A DNA stretch of 62,772 bases, filler included, from Chrysochromulina tobinii (Eukaryota): the NCBI GenBank assembly GCA_001275005.1. It is 7 parts of 7 records of this genome, joined end to end, with 100 filler letters (N's around TTAATTAATTAA, not from the genome) between each part and the next. Parts side by side here need not be neighbours in the genome. Positions count along the whole stretch, not along the records: positions 39,329 to 56,880 come from JWZX01001137.1; 6 more parts are not named here. One strand, 5' to 3'. Below the pieces are notes generated by a model. It did not search any database and was not told where the DNA came from. It was given only the letters and a program-made list of their open reading frames with translations. Shown here piece after piece: positions 39,851 through 49,770 of this stretch; position 1 is the stretch's first letter; each line of letters begins with the position of its first letter. A program made the translations under genes and the position numbers.

Positions 39851-41301
39851 TTATTCGGAGTCATCGTCGGAGTCGACGTCGGAGTCATCATCAGAACTGG
39901 AGTCGTCGGAATCGTCATCGTCCGCGGCCGCGGGTGCCACCTACTCGTCGTCGGACTCGGAGTCATCATCATCCTCGTCCTTCTTGTCTGCCGCCTCGTC
40001 CTCCTCCTCGTTGTCGTTATTGTCTGCCTCCTCGTCCTCCTCGTCCTCCTCGCCATCCTCGTCGTCGTCATCGTTCTCATCCTCGTCCATTTCGAGCACC
40101 TCGTCCGCCACTGCGGCCGACGACTTGACTTTCTTGAGGGCGTCCGTCTTCATGAGGGCGGCGATCATCTTCATCTTGTTGCTGTTGTTTGCGTCGTAGA
40201 TTCCCGCAGTGATGGTCAGCTGCTTGATCTCCTGCGCCGACAAATAGTCCTGCGTGTTGCCCGCGCACGCCTCGATCAGCTCGTACTGGAACTGCCTGAG
40301 CTTGGCGTACGCGCTCTTCAGCAGCTCGGGCTTGATCTGCACCTTGCGCCCGCGCCCACTCGCGCTACCACCGTCCTTGCTCTTGCCCTCCTTCGCCGCT
40401 TTGGGCTTGGGCTTGGGCTTGGGCTTCGGCGTGGCCTGTTGCACGCTCATGATCACGTCGGCCGGCGGCATGAGCGCGAGCTGGAGCTGCGCCTTGAGGT
40501 GCGCGACAAGGTCGGCGTGCAGAGTGGGCTGGAGCTGGATACGCTCGGGCAGCGTGTCGAGCGCCGTCTCCGCCTCCTTGAGCTGCCTCGTGCAAAGCCG
40601 ACCTTGCCTCCTTGAACGCCTCCTCGGTCACGCCGGGCGCCATGCCCTTGCCGGTCGCCTTGCTGGCGGCTTCGGCCACTATGCGGCTGCTCTCGGCGAC
40701 CAGGTTGTGCGCGGGTCTCACGATTGCAGGTGTGACCGAATCGGTCGCGGCGGCGGCGGATCGCTTTTTGCCCGATGATGTCCCCTTCGTCGTTGACGCG
40801 GGCGCAGGCACCGCTGGCGCCGGAGCGGGTGCGGGAGCGGGTGCGGGTGCCGCCGAAGGCACGGCAGGCACGGCAGCCGTCGTTGCCGCCGCCGCCGCCG
40901 CGGCAGCGGCAGCGGCAGCCTCCTTTGCGGCTTTCTTAGCGGCCTTCTTCGCCGACTCGGCCGGAGGCGCAGCAGGAGCGCGGAGCGGGCACGGGCGTGG
41001 AAGCCGGCGGTGCGGATGCGGCTTGGCCGTCGTCGCTTTTCTTCGCCTTCTTCTTTGGCGGCGCCGGCGGCGGCGCGTCGCTCAGGACGACGGGTGTCGT
41101 CGTCGTCGGCGGCGGCGGCAGCGGCGGCGGGGCCGGGGCCGGGGCCGGGGCTGGCGGCGCTGCGAGTTGTGCGGTGGCCTCTTCCCTTTTCCGGCGCTTC
41201 TTCTCTTGTTTGGCCTCGTACCTGGCAATCTCCTGCTCGGTGGGCACACGCCCGAGCTTCGCCTTGAGCTTCGTGACGCTCTTGGATTCCGATTCCGACA
41301 T
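39851..41301 (-). pseudogene. Low-complexity Lys/Ala/Pro-rich protein with acidic tail, disrupted by two frameshifts (~40981, ~40595) and an in-frame TAG (39941-39943)
   Basis: The protein-like sequence continues across frames (APAAPPAESAKKAAKK; TRQLKEAETALDTLPER), and the Asp-rich tail continues past TAG to TAA 39851. Confidence 0.65.
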
Positions 41302-41792
41302 TCCGCGGCGGACGGGGCTCAATGGACGGAGGCGTGGCCGACAAGTACCAAATACGAAAATTGGGTTGGAAAGCTGCATGCCTTAATTGGTTCGCGTCCC
41401 TGAGGGTGATTTTGATTTTAAAATGCCGAAGCGCGCGGACTATGTTTAGTTTGCTACCGCAGGCTTCCCCACCCCCGTGCGGTGCCGGGCTGGCGGCCGC
41501 CGCCCCCGATGGCGATCTGCACCAAGGACTGCATCGGTTCCCCATCGGAATACTTGTACCCTCGTACGCCTCGGACGGCGATTGCAACAGCGGCGCCCCC
41601 CTCAAACTTGACGGTGCGCCAAGTTGCCTACTGTACAGGTGGTCTCTTTCTCTCTACCCCATGAGGGAAGTTGAGCTCAGTTCCCACAAAGCATGACATG
41701 AGCCCGCCTCTCTTCACCCTACAATCAGGGACTTGAGCTTTACAGAGACTTGCTGGGGACCTCTTACGAGCAGGAATATTTGCACACCTGTT

Positions 41793-42377
41793 TCACACCG
41801 GGAGGTTGCCCGCTGCATCGGCGACGATAACGTTTCCCTCGTGGTCTATTCGCACCTCGAAATGCACCGGCATTACTTTGCGCTTCGTGGTGAAGAACTC
41901 GTGTGTGCCAGAGAAGCGAAAGATGGTCGCGGATTCATCAGTGGACAATAGATCCATCGTCAGACTGCTCCGTTCATGGACATAGGTGAGCACGACGTCT
42001 GATGTCACCAGCAGCTCGGCGATTACGTCTAGCGGCAGCACTGCGGGCATGCGCAGGCTGCCGATCCTCGATGTAGCGCCTGCTTGCAGATTCGTCGCAT
42101 CTACCACCGTAAGCTGGTCCGAAGAAAACACGTTCGCGTCGGCGACAATGCGCGCATGGTCGCCCTCGCCCTCGAACCAGAAGACTGCACGCCCATTAGG
42201 CTGCACAAAGTGACCCACATAATCAACCGGCTGTGCAGATCCGATAATCTCTGACACGGCAAAGGCAGTGTGGAAGTCGTGCACAGTGGTATGCTGCCGA
42301 TGTGCCCTGAGCATTGACAGGCATTTTGAGCGCTCCACAGTACGCGGGAGCAGCATGCGACGGTCGCTCGTGAACAT
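41793..42377 (-). CDS. Hypothetical ORF, globular beta-rich composition
   Basis: 194-aa ORF with no recognisable motif. Confidence 0.3.
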   Translation of the reverse strand: MFTSDRRMLLPRTVERSKCLSMLRAHRQHTTVHDFHTAFAVSEIIGSAQPVDYVGHFVQPNGRAVFWFEGEGDHARIVADANVFSSDQLTVVDATNLQAGATSRIGSLRMPAVLPLDVIAELLVTSDVVLTYVHERSSLTMDLLSTDESATIFRFSGTHEFFTTKRKVMPVHFEVRIDHEGNVIVADAAGNLPV

Positions 42378-42579
42378 AGATTCCTATGCACAGTTTCATT
42401 ATGAATACACACAACACGTAAGCAGCACAGCCGTGAAAACAATACAAGGACAAAAAGGCCATGCACAGTTTCACACTCACGAAAGTTTGTGAAGCACTCC
42501 AACTTTCAACTTGCTACCGGGTATACTTGTATCTGACGGGCTCGTCACGTTCATGATTTGAAGTCCGCACCGCGTCAGA

Positions 42580-44880
42580 ATGACCATCGTGTTGGAGCCA
42601 GTGCCTTCCACTATGACCATCGTGATGGAGCCAGTGCCTTCCACTATTTTTGCAGCCGCTTTCGCCACAACCAGGGACTCTACCGTTACCACTACGGCCG
42701 CTTCCACCATCACCGTGGCCGCTTCCGCCACCGCCGGGGACGCTTCCGCCTCCGCCGGAGTTGCTGCCGCCACTGCGGATGATCGCGCAGCTGCCGCTCC
42801 TGCTTCTGCGAATGTGGATGCTGCTGGCGCGGCCTCACTACCGCGTCCTCAAAAGGTGGGCCTTGGCGGCGCCTGGCGAAAGCGCCTTGGAGGTATGCTC
42901 GTCGGCAGCCGCACCATCCATGTGCTGAGGACGAGGACCCGCCTGAGAAAGGTCGACAAGAGCAAGGTCGTCTTTACCGAGGGCGCAGCGATCTGGCAGC
43001 AAGGAGATGATGCACTCTACACCGACGACGCGATGCGCCAGCGCGCGGCCGTGCGCCACAACCCAGAGGTGCTCGAGTACCTGCACCTCTGGTGGACGAC
43101 GGCGCTGAACAGCATGAAGCGGAGCAAGGCGAAGGCTGTCGGCGCCGTCGGCGAGCCGCGGCTCAGCAAGCAGTACTATGTCGTGATGATGAAGAAGATG
43201 TACAAGGCGATGATTGAGGAGTATGACGAGGAGGACGCAGAGGAGTGCGCGGAGGAGGATTGGGAGCATGACGCGGGTGGCGCGGACACGCTCAGCCGCG
43301 AGGGCTTCTGTGACGCGATCTTTGAGACTGCGGACACTTGGACGAAGACGTGCGAGGCGGCCGAGTACGCCGCCTTCCTGCGCGCGCTGCACGCGCGGCT
43401 CGCGCAGCTGGGCCCCGACGGGAAAAACTACCTTTGGAAGGATGACCACGCCATCGAGTTCGATCCTCAATTCGACGACGAGGCGCTTCAATCGCCCGAG
43501 AAGCAGCGGCTGACTCCAGCGGCGAGCCCTCGACGCTCGCTTTCCCCTGGGCGCGGGAGCAGCAGCACGCGCCGCGCCGGCGCTGGAGCGCGGCGCGGCT
43601 TTGGTGCGTCCGGGCTGCACTGGTTGCGGCTGTATCGCCCCTACGAAGAGGACAAAGACTTTGGGTCGCGTACGGAGCTCGTCGATATGCCTCTCGGCGC
43701 CGCCCTCGTCGCGAAGACGGAGCACGGCGAGCGTGCGGTGAGCTTCAGCGGCGAAGAGTGGCAGGGCTTTGGCGTGCACGGATTGCGGTTCTCGCACTTC
43801 GTCAAGGCGCTGGATCAGGGCAGGGATGCGTGGTTCATCCCGGCTGCCGAGCTCGAGAGCGCCGTCCCGGAAGGGGTGCGAACGAACGCGGCGACGACGC
43901 CTCTGGGCCGGCTGCTGAACATGATGTCGCCGGCCCGCATGAAGTCGGCGAAGAAGCGGCCGCCGCCCTTGAAGACGCCGCGACCCGACCCGGGTAGTCG
44001 CGCGCCTTACTTTTCCAAGAGCGGCCCACGGCAGGCTCGCGAGGCCCGTAACGTCGCCAAAGGGTTCGCCGCGGCAGCGCCCGCCACGGCGCGACCCTCG
44101 ACGAGCGAGCTCAGCGCGGGCGCCCACGACGGCGCGAGCGTTCGGGCCGCAGTCGTCAACGTAGGTTTCGACGGGCCGGGCGCTCCACCACGGCAGCAGC
44201 CAGCACCGCGCCCCCTCCTCCTAATCCCGCGTGGCCCTGCTGCAGCCTCGGGCTTCCGAAGCGCGATGAACACAAGCTTCGGCTTCGCGTGGGCCACCTC
44301 CCCATTCGCAGGCGGCGGCTCGAAGGGCACGAGAGGCGATCCCGTACCCGTCAGCGGGACACTGCCCGCAGCTGGCCGCCACGTCATGAGTGCAGGTGGC
44401 TCGACAACGTCCACGGGGCACGCACTTGGCCCTTCTGCACTCGCGACGACGGTGGCGGCGAGGGGCACGGAGACCTCGAAGCAGGGGGTGTCGAGCTCGA
44501 CCGAAATTTGGATCCTGCCCCAGCAGCCCATGAGTGGCGGCGCGCCGCGCATTCCGCCCGTCTCTCTCTCGAGGCAGTCAACCGACCAAAGGGCAGAAAG
44601 TGCCATCCGTAGCCTCGGCGCGCACATGGGGTTGCGCCCACTCTCGCTGCCGCGCTCCCCGTGGCGCTCGCAACGGCCGGCCACGGCCAATGGCGGCTTT
44701 GCGCAGGCGCAGGCCGCTCGCGCCACGCTGCCCGCATTGGTGCAGCCACCTCGCACCGCGCAGCCCGCCCTCCTGCAGCCAGGCGCCGCCGCGTGCAGCT
44801 TTGCTTCGACGTACCAGTCGTTGCGGCCAGCACCGGTCTTGTCGATGGGGCCGGCGGGGCCTGCCATGATTTATCAATGA
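42580..44880 (+). CDS. Hypothetical protein with acidic EF-hand-like helical domain and long disordered C-terminus
   Basis: LHLWW...MYKAMIEEYDEEDAEECAEEDWEHDAGGADTLSREGFCDAIFETADTWT; 33-bp tandem duplication at 42580-42645. Confidence 0.65.
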   Translation: MTIVLEPVPSTMTIVMEPVPSTIFAAAFATTRDSTVTTTAASTITVAASATAGDASASAGVAAATADDRAAAAPASANVDAAGAASLPRPQKVGLGGAWRKRLGGMLVGSRTIHVLRTRTRLRKVDKSKVVFTEGAAIWQQGDDALYTDDAMRQRAAVRHNPEVLEYLHLWWTTALNSMKRSKAKAVGAVGEPRLSKQYYVVMMKKMYKAMIEEYDEEDAEECAEEDWEHDAGGADTLSREGFCDAIFETADTWTKTCEAAEYAAFLRALHARLAQLGPDGKNYLWKDDHAIEFDPQFDDEALQSPEKQRLTPAASPRRSLSPGRGSSSTRRAGAGARRGFGASGLHWLRLYRPYEEDKDFGSRTELVDMPLGAALVAKTEHGERAVSFSGEEWQGFGVHGLRFSHFVKALDQGRDAWFIPAAELESAVPEGVRTNAATTPLGRLLNMMSPARMKSAKKRPPPLKTPRPDPGSRAPYFSKSGPRQAREARNVAKGFAAAAPATARPSTSELSAGAHDGASVRAAVVNVGFDGPGAPPRQQPAPRPLLLIPRGPAAASGFRSAMNTSFGFAWATSPFAGGGSKGTRGDPVPVSGTLPAAGRHVMSAGGSTTSTGHALGPSALATTVAARGTETSKQGVSSSTEIWILPQQPMSGGAPRIPPVSLSRQSTDQRAESAIRSLGAHMGLRPLSLPRSPWRSQRPATANGGFAQAQAARATLPALVQPPRTAQPALLQPGAAACSFASTYQSLRPAPVLSMGPAGPAMIYQ

Positions 44881-45767
44881 TTAAAGTCATAAAGTGAAGG
44901 TCACTATAGACAGGTCACAGGAGTCGACGCCGGCTGGGAGTTCACTCTCAGTTGTTAGAGGGGGTCCCCCAAGAGTTGTCCATTAATTTAGTTCGCCGAG
45001 CGGTCGCCCCCCCGTTACGCCGTTGGCGTTGGCCGTTGCGCGCGAGAACATACACCGGTAACACGAGTGTGTGTTTCACGGGAATCCCTGCAGAGAAGAA
45101 TGTGTAGCGGTGGAGCGGTCTCTGAGATGTAGAGAGTAGAGCCATGAGTAGCAGTCGAGTTATTATCGAGTTATAGTAGATAGCTCAGCACCTCAGTCGC
45201 ACACACCCGAGGGAACTAGACGAATGTGCTTCTTGGTGTCTGGATTCGAAAAATGAAGTTTAAGGGGATCGTGTCTGACTCCAGAAATTTGCATCCCTCT
45301 CCCCTACTATGTACGTGTACTCTTTGGGCCGGCTTTTGTTACCGGCTCGATCTGGGGGCGGCCTCTTCTGAGTCGGCCGCGGGGTGCGGTCGGCTCCGGG
45401 CTGCGGCTGTTGAGTCGGCCGCGGTTTCGGTCGTCGCGCTGTTGTGCGGGTTGTGTGTGTTGGTGGGTCAACCTGGGTTTGGATGGTTGTGAGGTTCGTC
45501 TGTGTGATCCGTGTGCCCGTGTGGAGCGCCCGTGTGTCCCACGTGTGTGTGTCCCGTGTGTGTCCCGGCTCCCCCGGTGTCTTTTTACCGGCTCGATCCA
45601 TGTTCAAGTCAGCTTGACTTGACGTGATTCGACATCTATTTTAGGAACGGCCTGCAACAGGATCATTTATGTATTTAGAGCTGCCGAGATAAGGCAGGTC
45701 GGCGCCTTGTAAAGCCGGCTTCCTTCGCGGACGATTGGCGCTTGCACCTTGCGAGGTGTGGCAGAGG

Positions 45768-47507
45768 ATGACAAGCGGGCAAGCGGACCTGCTAACGCTT
45801 GCTGCGGAACAGGGCGATGCCGAGGCGCAGTACGAACTTGGAGTCATGCACTTGGGCGGACGCGGTGTAGCCCAAGACGATAAGCGGGCTGCGTCACTAT
45901 TCGAGCTCGCAGCGGACCAGGGTCATGCCGAGGCGCAGTGTTATCTTGGAGTTATGCACTTGGGCGGACATGGTGTAGCTCGAGATGATAAGCGGGCTGC
46001 GGCGCTGCTCAAGCTTGCTGCGGACCAGGGTCGTGCCTTGGCACAACGCCAACTTGGAGGCATGCACTTTTCTGGACAAGGAGTGGCCCAAGATGATAAG
46101 CGGGCTGCGGAGCTGCTCAAGCTCGCTGCGGACCAAGGCGATGCCGAGGCACAGTCTTATCTTGGAGTCATGCACATGGGCGGACGCGGTGTAGCCCAAG
46201 ATCATAAGCGGGCTTCGGCGTTGTTCAAGCTTGCAGCGGATCAGGGTCATGCCGAGGCGCAGCGCCAACTTGGACGCATGTACCGTGACGGACGCGGTGT
46301 AGCCCAAGATCATAAGCGGGCTGCGGCGCTGTTCAAGCTCGCAGCGGACCAGGGCGATGCCGAGGCGCAGCGCCAACTTGGACTCATGCACCTTGGTGGA
46401 GAGGGTGTGGCCCAAGATTATAAGCGGGCTGCAGAGTTGTTCAAGCTCGCTGCGGACCAGGGCGATGCCGATGCGCAGTGTTATCTTGGAGTCATGCACT
46501 TGGGCGGACGCGGTGTAGCCCAAGATCATAAGCGGGCTTCGGTGTTGTTCAAGCTTGCAGCGGACCAGGGTCATGCCGAGGCGCAGCGCCAACTTGGACT
46601 CATGCACCTTGGTGGAGAGGGTGTGGCCCAAGATTATAAGCGGGCTGCGGCGCTGTTCAAGCTCGCAGCGGACCAGGGCGATGCCGATGCGCAGTGTTAT
46701 CTCGGAGGCATGCACCTTGGTGGACACGGCGTGGCCCGAGATGAGAAGCGGGCTTCGGTGTTACTCAAGCTTGCAGCGGACCAGGGCCATGCCTTGGCGC
46801 AATGCCAACTTGGAAACATGGCTGCGACCCGGCACAGCACCTCATCATGCGCCGCAGCAGCGTCCAGTGCAGTTGGCGCGTCTGTCGTGGCTGGCGGCGC
46901 TCGAGGCGGCCTCTCACGCGAGGACGAGCAAGCACGCGCCGATGCGATGATGGCACGTCTCCTCGCTGAGGAGGAAGCGAGAGCCGAAGCGGAGGCCGTA
47001 AAGGCGTCCAAGAAGGGAAGGAAGAAGGCGAAGAAGGGTAAACCGGCGACCACAGCCGCAGGCGAGGCGGCCACCAGCTTGTCGGCCTCGCAGTTAGAGC
47101 CGACGGAAGCGGAGGTGGTGGCAGAAGAGGTGATCGAGAAGGAGGAAGTGGAGGCGACCGCTGCAGCAGAGGCGGGGCGAGGTGGGCGCGGCCCGACCAC
47201 CGTGCATCCGCCGCCCCCTGCCCCTGCGCCGCCAACGGCTCCAGCACCGGCTCCAGGTTCAATGCCAGCGGAGAGGCATCTGACGCTTGCAGACGTGGGC
47301 AACATCACCGGCCGTGTGCATGACGAGGTGCCCGAATCGACCATCGGTGGCCAGACAACGTGCATCGTGTGCATGGTGGGACCCAAGTCGCACCTTGCGG
47401 TGCCGTGTGGCCATCAGCTGGCGTGCGAGCGCTGCACGGCCAAGATGAAGATTTGTCCGTACTGTCGCGAGTCCGTCCAGCTATGGGTGATGGCGCGTGT
47501 GGTGTAA
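45768..47507 (+). CDS. Sel1-like repeat protein (9 full 36-aa/108-bp repeats) with C-terminal RING-HC (IAP/C3HC4_3-type) E3 ligase domain
   Basis: GxAEAQxxLGxMHLGGxGVAQDxKRAAxLFKLAADQ repeats; CIVCMVGPKSHLAVPCGHQLACERCTAKMKICPYCR. Confidence 0.92.
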   Translation: MTSGQADLLTLAAEQGDAEAQYELGVMHLGGRGVAQDDKRAASLFELAADQGHAEAQCYLGVMHLGGHGVARDDKRAAALLKLAADQGRALAQRQLGGMHFSGQGVAQDDKRAAELLKLAADQGDAEAQSYLGVMHMGGRGVAQDHKRASALFKLAADQGHAEAQRQLGRMYRDGRGVAQDHKRAAALFKLAADQGDAEAQRQLGLMHLGGEGVAQDYKRAAELFKLAADQGDADAQCYLGVMHLGGRGVAQDHKRASVLFKLAADQGHAEAQRQLGLMHLGGEGVAQDYKRAAALFKLAADQGDADAQCYLGGMHLGGHGVARDEKRASVLLKLAADQGHALAQCQLGNMAATRHSTSSCAAAASSAVGASVVAGGARGGLSREDEQARADAMMARLLAEEEARAEAEAVKASKKGRKKAKKGKPATTAAGEAATSLSASQLEPTEAEVVAEEVIEKEEVEATAAAEAGRGGRGPTTVHPPPPAPAPPTAPAPAPGSMPAERHLTLADVGNITGRVHDEVPESTIGGQTTCIVCMVGPKSHLAVPCGHQLACERCTAKMKICPYCRESVQLWVMARVV

Positions 47508-48102
47508 CCTGAACCTTGCGGCGAAACATGGGCAGAGGCGGAGTCACGGAGACACTGTGTAGAGGGGACAGGTACTATGAGGCTTCTTGTTGTGGCCGTT
47601 GTGCACGGGGAATCTCACGTCAATCTTCAGTCGCGCAGATCGCCCCTGGGTGTGGAAGACCGGCTCGGACCCAGATCCAGCGGTTTTCTTCTGCGAGTAA
47701 TCAGCACATCGTGGTACGTGGTAGGCCTCGGGCCTGCTTCTAACATCTAAGCGACTGTTGAACCCCAGACGATCAAAGGTTCAAAGCCAAGATTGAAGAT
47801 ACGCCGCGCGACACAGTCACGCACTTTGTGGTCTGTGACGCGCGAGAACCATACACGGAGAGACCGCCGGGCGGACGGATACTTCCCGCCAAGGAATCAC
47901 GAACAGGTTTCGTTCGTCCTCTCTCTATAGCATGAGTGGCGACCCCGACCGACACATCCTGGGGTAATCTCCCCCTGGATCCTCTGCCGCTCGCACCCCC
48001 CCTCTCCGCTCCCCTCTAGGTACCCTTTGGGTTAATTCAGTGCACACCGGACCTGAAAAATAGTTAGAAATGAGATCAGATGTCGTACGTGCGCTAGGCC
48101 AG

Positions 48103-48134
48103 GGCGGTTCGGGTTAGGGTTAGGGGTTCGGGTT
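48103..48134 (+). repeat. Short interstitial telomere-like tract (GGGTTA/GGGTTC)
   Basis: GGTTCGGGTTAGGGTTAGGGGTTCGGGTTT. Confidence 0.55.
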
Positions 48135-48584
48135 TCAGTAGGCGAGGGTGTTAAAGGAGTAACATGCACGAGCAGTGTCAGACCGTCGTGTACGTGTTGG
48201 ACGCAGAGTGCGCGAACAAACAGTACATGTATCAAAATGAGCGCCGAAACCGCAATGAGGAACGTAACGGAACTTTTATATGAAGAGGGCGCCGTTGTGG
48301 GCACAGTTATTCCCCGTAATACCCCGTACTATCTTCCGAAGGATATAGTCTCCGCTAAATAGAACGTCCGGAATTTACAAGTTAATACTTATCTTCTCGT
48401 ATAGCCGCTTAAAACGTGTATAACGTCATACACGTTCTAAAGGTGGTTCCTTGCTGCATCGCACTTGCACTCACCCGAACCCACCACACACACCTTCCAT
48501 GACTCCCAAACAACTGACGCTCTGCGCTGGCACGTCGCAATCTCGCAAAATGATGCCTTTTCGAGTCTCGCCAGAGGCCAGCAC

Positions 48585-49694
48585 TCACAGGCGCACTGGG
48601 CTTGTCGTTGTGGAAGCCACGGAGCACGAGCTGAGCACCTGGTTCGCGCCGCGCCTGCGAAAGCCAAAGTACCGAGACACGGAGTCGAGAGCGCCCTCTT
48701 CGTTGAGCGCCATCGTCAGCTGCTCCTCGAGCGCGGCGGCGGGCGTGCGCTTGGCCGCCTGTACTGTCTGCACGACGGCGCGTTTGCGCTCGAGCTCGAA
48801 GTGTTTGGCGCTCTTCCCCTCCTCTTTGAGACGCTCGCGCTCAAGCCTGCATTCGGCTGCGTCGGCAGCGCACTTGGCCTGCCATTGCGCCTGCGCCTCC
48901 GCAATCGACGTCTGTGATGCCCTCTTCGCCTCCAGTGCGTTCGCAAGGTACTCGATCTCATGGTCATACGTTCGCTGTTTCCACTGCTTGACCTCGTGCT
49001 TCACAGCCGCGGCGGAATGATAGCGCTCGTTGGCGAAGAGCTGTTTGGCGTATAGGTCGCCGTTGCTGCGCGAGCGCACGTCCGCTGCCTGCTCGTCCTT
49101 CTGCCGCTCGATGTCCTCGCGCGTCGCCTTGGTCAGCTGCTTCAGCTCCTCGCTCATGACTCGGCACTCGTCACGGGATGTCGCCTGCTGCTTGGCTTCC
49201 GCGTCACGCATCTTCTGCTGCTTCTCCTTGTGCTCCCGGTGGAGCTGCCGCCCATGAAATTCCCATTGATGCTGCCAGTTGGCGCGCCTCAAACGTTGGA
49301 TCTCGAGCTCCTCGCGGATCTCGGAACCGACGAACGCTTTGGCCTCCCGGCGATCGTCAATGGCGTCCTTGACCCGCTCCTGGCCATAGCGGCGCGCGGC
49401 TTTGAGCCTTTGGCCGTTGGCACGGAATGCGCGCTGATGATCGAGCTTCCTCTCGGCAATGACCAAGCTCTGCAAGCGGACGGCCGTGCCCTTGGCCGCA
49501 TTTTCTGCCAGGGCCAGGATGGCCACGCACTCGGCTCGCGAGACCGTCGCCCACTGCTGAGTAGTGTCGTCCTTGGTTGCACCGTTCAGGTCAAGAAAGG
49601 AGCCAATGTGCTGCAGAAATTTTCTGCCACGGGTGAAGAGCCCCTCTCCTTCCTCCTCGGGAGAACCGGCCAAGCCACTCTCCCCTCCATTCAT
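48585..49694 (-). CDS. Charged coiled-coil protein of unknown function
   Basis: 369-aa ORF, E/K/R/Q/A-rich helical composition, AT-rich upstream region. Confidence 0.7.
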   Translation of the reverse strand: MNGGESGLAGSPEEEGEGLFTRGRKFLQHIGSFLDLNGATKDDTTQQWATVSRAECVAILALAENAAKGTAVRLQSLVIAERKLDHQRAFRANGQRLKAARRYGQERVKDAIDDRREAKAFVGSEIREELEIQRLRRANWQHQWEFHGRQLHREHKEKQQKMRDAEAKQQATSRDECRVMSEELKQLTKATREDIERQKDEQAADVRSRSNGDLYAKQLFANERYHSAAAVKHEVKQWKQRTYDHEIEYLANALEAKRASQTSIAEAQAQWQAKCAADAAECRLERERLKEEGKSAKHFELERKRAVVQTVQAAKRTPAAALEEQLTMALNEEGALDSVSRYFGFRRRGANQVLSSCSVASTTTSPVRL

Positions 49695-49770
49695 TTTCGG
49701 AAAAGAAACTTACTTGTTAAAAATTAGAACTTATATGTAACGGTATTTGTTAATTTGCATGCAGCTCAAG

